From assembly GCA_947630745.1 (NCBI GenBank), contig CANRIT010000006.1, positions 1,029 to 65,028 on the forward strand: a DNA stretch of 64,000 bases. Direction: 5' to 3'. The position numbers were made by a program, and so were the translations under genes. Position 1 is the stretch's first letter; every line of letters begins with the position of its first letter. A model generated the notes under the pieces. That model did no database searches. It was not told the origin of the DNA and was given only the letters and a program-made list of their open reading frames with translations. Below are positions 61,686-64,000 of this stretch, piece by piece. This DNA comes from an uncultured Clostridia bacterium (lineage in GTDB: Bacteria; Bacillota; Clostridia; Christensenellales; UBA1242).

Positions 61686-62864
61686 ATGGATAAAACGCGT
61701 GTTTTGTTGACATATATGGAATCTGGCATGGGGCATATAACCAGTATGAAAAGTATAAGCGATGCGCTTAAAAATATGAATCTGCCAAATTTGGAGTTGA
61801 TTGACTGTTATATTATGCAAGAGGACAACGACCCAGTTTTAATTAAGTTTAACAATTTTATTATTCACCAAACCAAGCAAACAAATTGCATTCGTGGATA
61901 TGGCCCATTTGTGTTTTGGTGGTTGGAAGTGCTTGGCAAGCAAAAGTTTATGGTGTTTGTGCATCATTTGTTGTTTAGAAAGGCACTTAACCACACGCTT
62001 GAAGCGTTTAAAAAGCGCAACCCAGATGTTATTGTAAGCACGCATTATTTTACGACGCTTGCTGCTGTTGAGTACAAAAGGCGGGTAAACAAAAACTGCA
62101 TTGTAATCACCTACAACCCAGACAACAATGTTCATCCTTGGTGGGACAACCGCGATGGTATGTTTGTGGTTAACAACGATGTTTGCTTTAACGAAGCAAT
62201 AAAGCGCAGGCATTTTAAGGCGGAAAATGTTAAGCAAGTCTATTTCACCGCGCGCAACGAAGTTATAAACGCCGCCATTTCGCCAAACGAATACCGCAAA
62301 AAGTACAACATTCCGCAAGACAAATTTTGTGTTATGATTGCGGATGGTGCGTATGCAAGTGCGCGTTCGGTTGCCGTGGCGGAAGAACTTTTAAAAACCG
62401 ATTTGCCTCTGACAATAATTATGTTGGCGGGCAAAAATGAAGAGGTTTACAACAAGTTTAAAGCACTTGAAAGCAAAACTAAGCCAAACATCACCCTTAT
62501 AACATCAGGCTTTACCACCAGCGTGCATGAACTTTATTGCGCAAGCGACTTGTTTGTTACCAAGGCGGGTCCAAACGCAATTTTGGACAGCGTGTTTATG
62601 GGCACACCTATTATTGTCGACTTCTACGCCCACCCTATTGAAAAGGCGACAACCAAGTTGTTTGTTGACGATTATAATGTGGGCAAGGCAATTTACAAGC
62701 CAAAACAAATCCGCGCGCAGATTGAAGAGTTTATAAAAGACCCTAATCTGCTTGCCCCATATAAAGAAAATTGCAAAAAGTTTGATAAAAGCAAAAATGG
62801 TTCGCTGGATATGGCAAAAATTATTGTGGATGAAATTAACAAGCATAATTCTAACGCATCTTAA
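61686..62864 (+). CDS. MGDG synthase/UgtP-like diacylglycerol glycosyltransferase (GT28-like)
   Basis: SGMGH, PDVIVSTHY, LAGKN, GFT..V......SDLFVTKAG. Confidence 0.85.
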   Translation: MDKTRVLLTYMESGMGHITSMKSISDALKNMNLPNLELIDCYIMQEDNDPVLIKFNNFIIHQTKQTNCIRGYGPFVFWWLEVLGKQKFMVFVHHLLFRKALNHTLEAFKKRNPDVIVSTHYFTTLAAVEYKRRVNKNCIVITYNPDNNVHPWWDNRDGMFVVNNDVCFNEAIKRRHFKAENVKQVYFTARNEVINAAISPNEYRKKYNIPQDKFCVMIADGAYASARSVAVAEELLKTDLPLTIIMLAGKNEEVYNKFKALESKTKPNITLITSGFTTSVHELYCASDLFVTKAGPNAILDSVFMGTPIIVDFYAHPIEKATTKLFVDDYNVGKAIYKPKQIRAQIEEFIKDPNLLAPYKENCKKFDKSKNGSLDMAKIIVDEINKHNSNAS

Positions 62865-62875
62865 TTTGATTGTTT

Positions 62876-63745
62876 ATGGAAAAATTGGAAAAATCGAACA
62901 TCAAAATCGACCCAGAAGCCATGAAACTTAATCCAAATTCGCAACAATACAAGCAGATTTTGGAAGAGTTGGCAGCTGAAGGCGAATACGATGTTCACAC
63001 AACAAAAATTAATACAAAAAATGTTAAGGATATAAACGAAAAGTATATTTACAAGCCCAAAAATCCGCTATACAAATTTACGCGGGCGATTTGCAAATCT
63101 ATCCTTTATGTTTTTGGACCGGTTGTGAATAAGGTGGCGTTTAACCTAAAAATTAAGGGCAGAAAAAATTTAAAAGGGCTAAAATCCGCGGTGACAGTTA
63201 GCAACCATGTGCATTATTTGGATGTGCTGATGAATATGCAAGCGGTAAGGCGGAACAAGTTTTATGTGGTGTGCGCAAACCACAACATGAAACGCGGGGT
63301 CGCTGGCTACCTTTTTAAAGCCAGCGGGGTGTTGCCTTTATCTAACAGTGTGGCGGCGTCTGTCCACCTTAACCAGACAATTGACGACATTTTGCAAAAA
63401 GGCGGGTTTGTACATATGTATGCGGAAAGTGCGCTTTGGTTTAGATATGAGCGCAGCCGTCCGCTTAAATTGGGCGCGTTTAAAATTGCAGCAAAAAACA
63501 ATGTGCCAGTTGTGCCAATTGTGATTTTGTTCCGTCCAAAAGCCAAATTTGAATTTTTCCGCCACAAAAAGACGGTGACCATGGTTATTGGCAAGCCAAT
63601 TTACCCTAGTGCGGATTTGAATTTGAATGAAAATGCAAAGAATATGCGCGACATATGTCAGCAGTATTACAACGATACGATTTGCGACTTTTATGGTTAC
63701 GATAAAACCAACTACTCGCTTAACGAAAAAATAAATCCAGATTAA
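62876..63745 (+). CDS. lysophospholipid acyltransferase (PlsC-like)
   Basis: NHVHYLD (HX4D), YAES, LKLGAF..A....VPVVPI. Confidence 0.88.
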   Translation: MEKLEKSNIKIDPEAMKLNPNSQQYKQILEELAAEGEYDVHTTKINTKNVKDINEKYIYKPKNPLYKFTRAICKSILYVFGPVVNKVAFNLKIKGRKNLKGLKSAVTVSNHVHYLDVLMNMQAVRRNKFYVVCANHNMKRGVAGYLFKASGVLPLSNSVAASVHLNQTIDDILQKGGFVHMYAESALWFRYERSRPLKLGAFKIAAKNNVPVVPIVILFRPKAKFEFFRHKKTVTMVIGKPIYPSADLNLNENAKNMRDICQQYYNDTICDFYGYDKTNYSLNEKINPD

Positions 63746-63914
63746 GGATTTATTTTTTGCTTAGTTAAATTTTTATATTTTGTTTATATCAATTCTTTAT
63801 TTTAGATTTATATTAGTTTGAGTTGATTTAATTATTGTTTTTATGCTTTTTTGTAATTGGTTTAAATTGTATCAATTTAATTTTGTTTTTTGTGCGCGTT
63901 TTTATATTTTATTT

Positions 63915-64000
63915 TTACAGCCCGTTATTGTTTTCTTCCCCTACATCGTTTGTATCATAAACATCTTTGCTAAAATAACGCTCATTGTAGCCATAGCGCA
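63915..64000 (-). CDS. C-terminal end of a gene entering from beyond the window
   Basis: Open frame ...RYGYNERYFSKDVYDTNDVGEENNNGL followed by TAA. Confidence 0.55.
   Translation of the reverse strand, partial: RYGYNERYFSKDVYDTNDVGEENNNGL

Overview
AT-rich chromosomal segment of a Bacillota (Clostridia-like, probably uncultured and spore-forming) bacterium, using the standard genetic code. It is mostly housekeeping: tig-clpP-clpX, sepF-lspA-rluD, rsmA, valS, groES-groEL, uvrA, pepF, uvrB, rpoB-rpoC, holB-ricT-methyltransferase-MBL hydrolase, rsmI, and a glycolipid glycosyltransferase plus acyltransferase. These are interspersed with three very large predicted surface proteins (3430, about 1327 and 1036 aa) and many orphan genes. 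No rRNA, tRNA, transposase, integrase or cas gene was recognised. The most notable signals are four. (1) A dispersed family of short palindromic elements (about 16 copies at five intergenic loci between 33 and 49 kb), including a CRISPR-looking array of identical 37-nt repeats with mutually related spacers next to an orphan HicB-like two-gene operon. (2) An RNA polymerase with substitutions in all four rifampicin-resistance clusters and in the trigger loop and bridge helix. (3) A tandem array of four divergent orphan paralogs with repeated promoter and terminator modules. (4) A pair of predicted membrane-anchored winged-helix proteins in an operon with uvrB. All assignments come from reading the sequence and recalled family motifs; no database searches were run.
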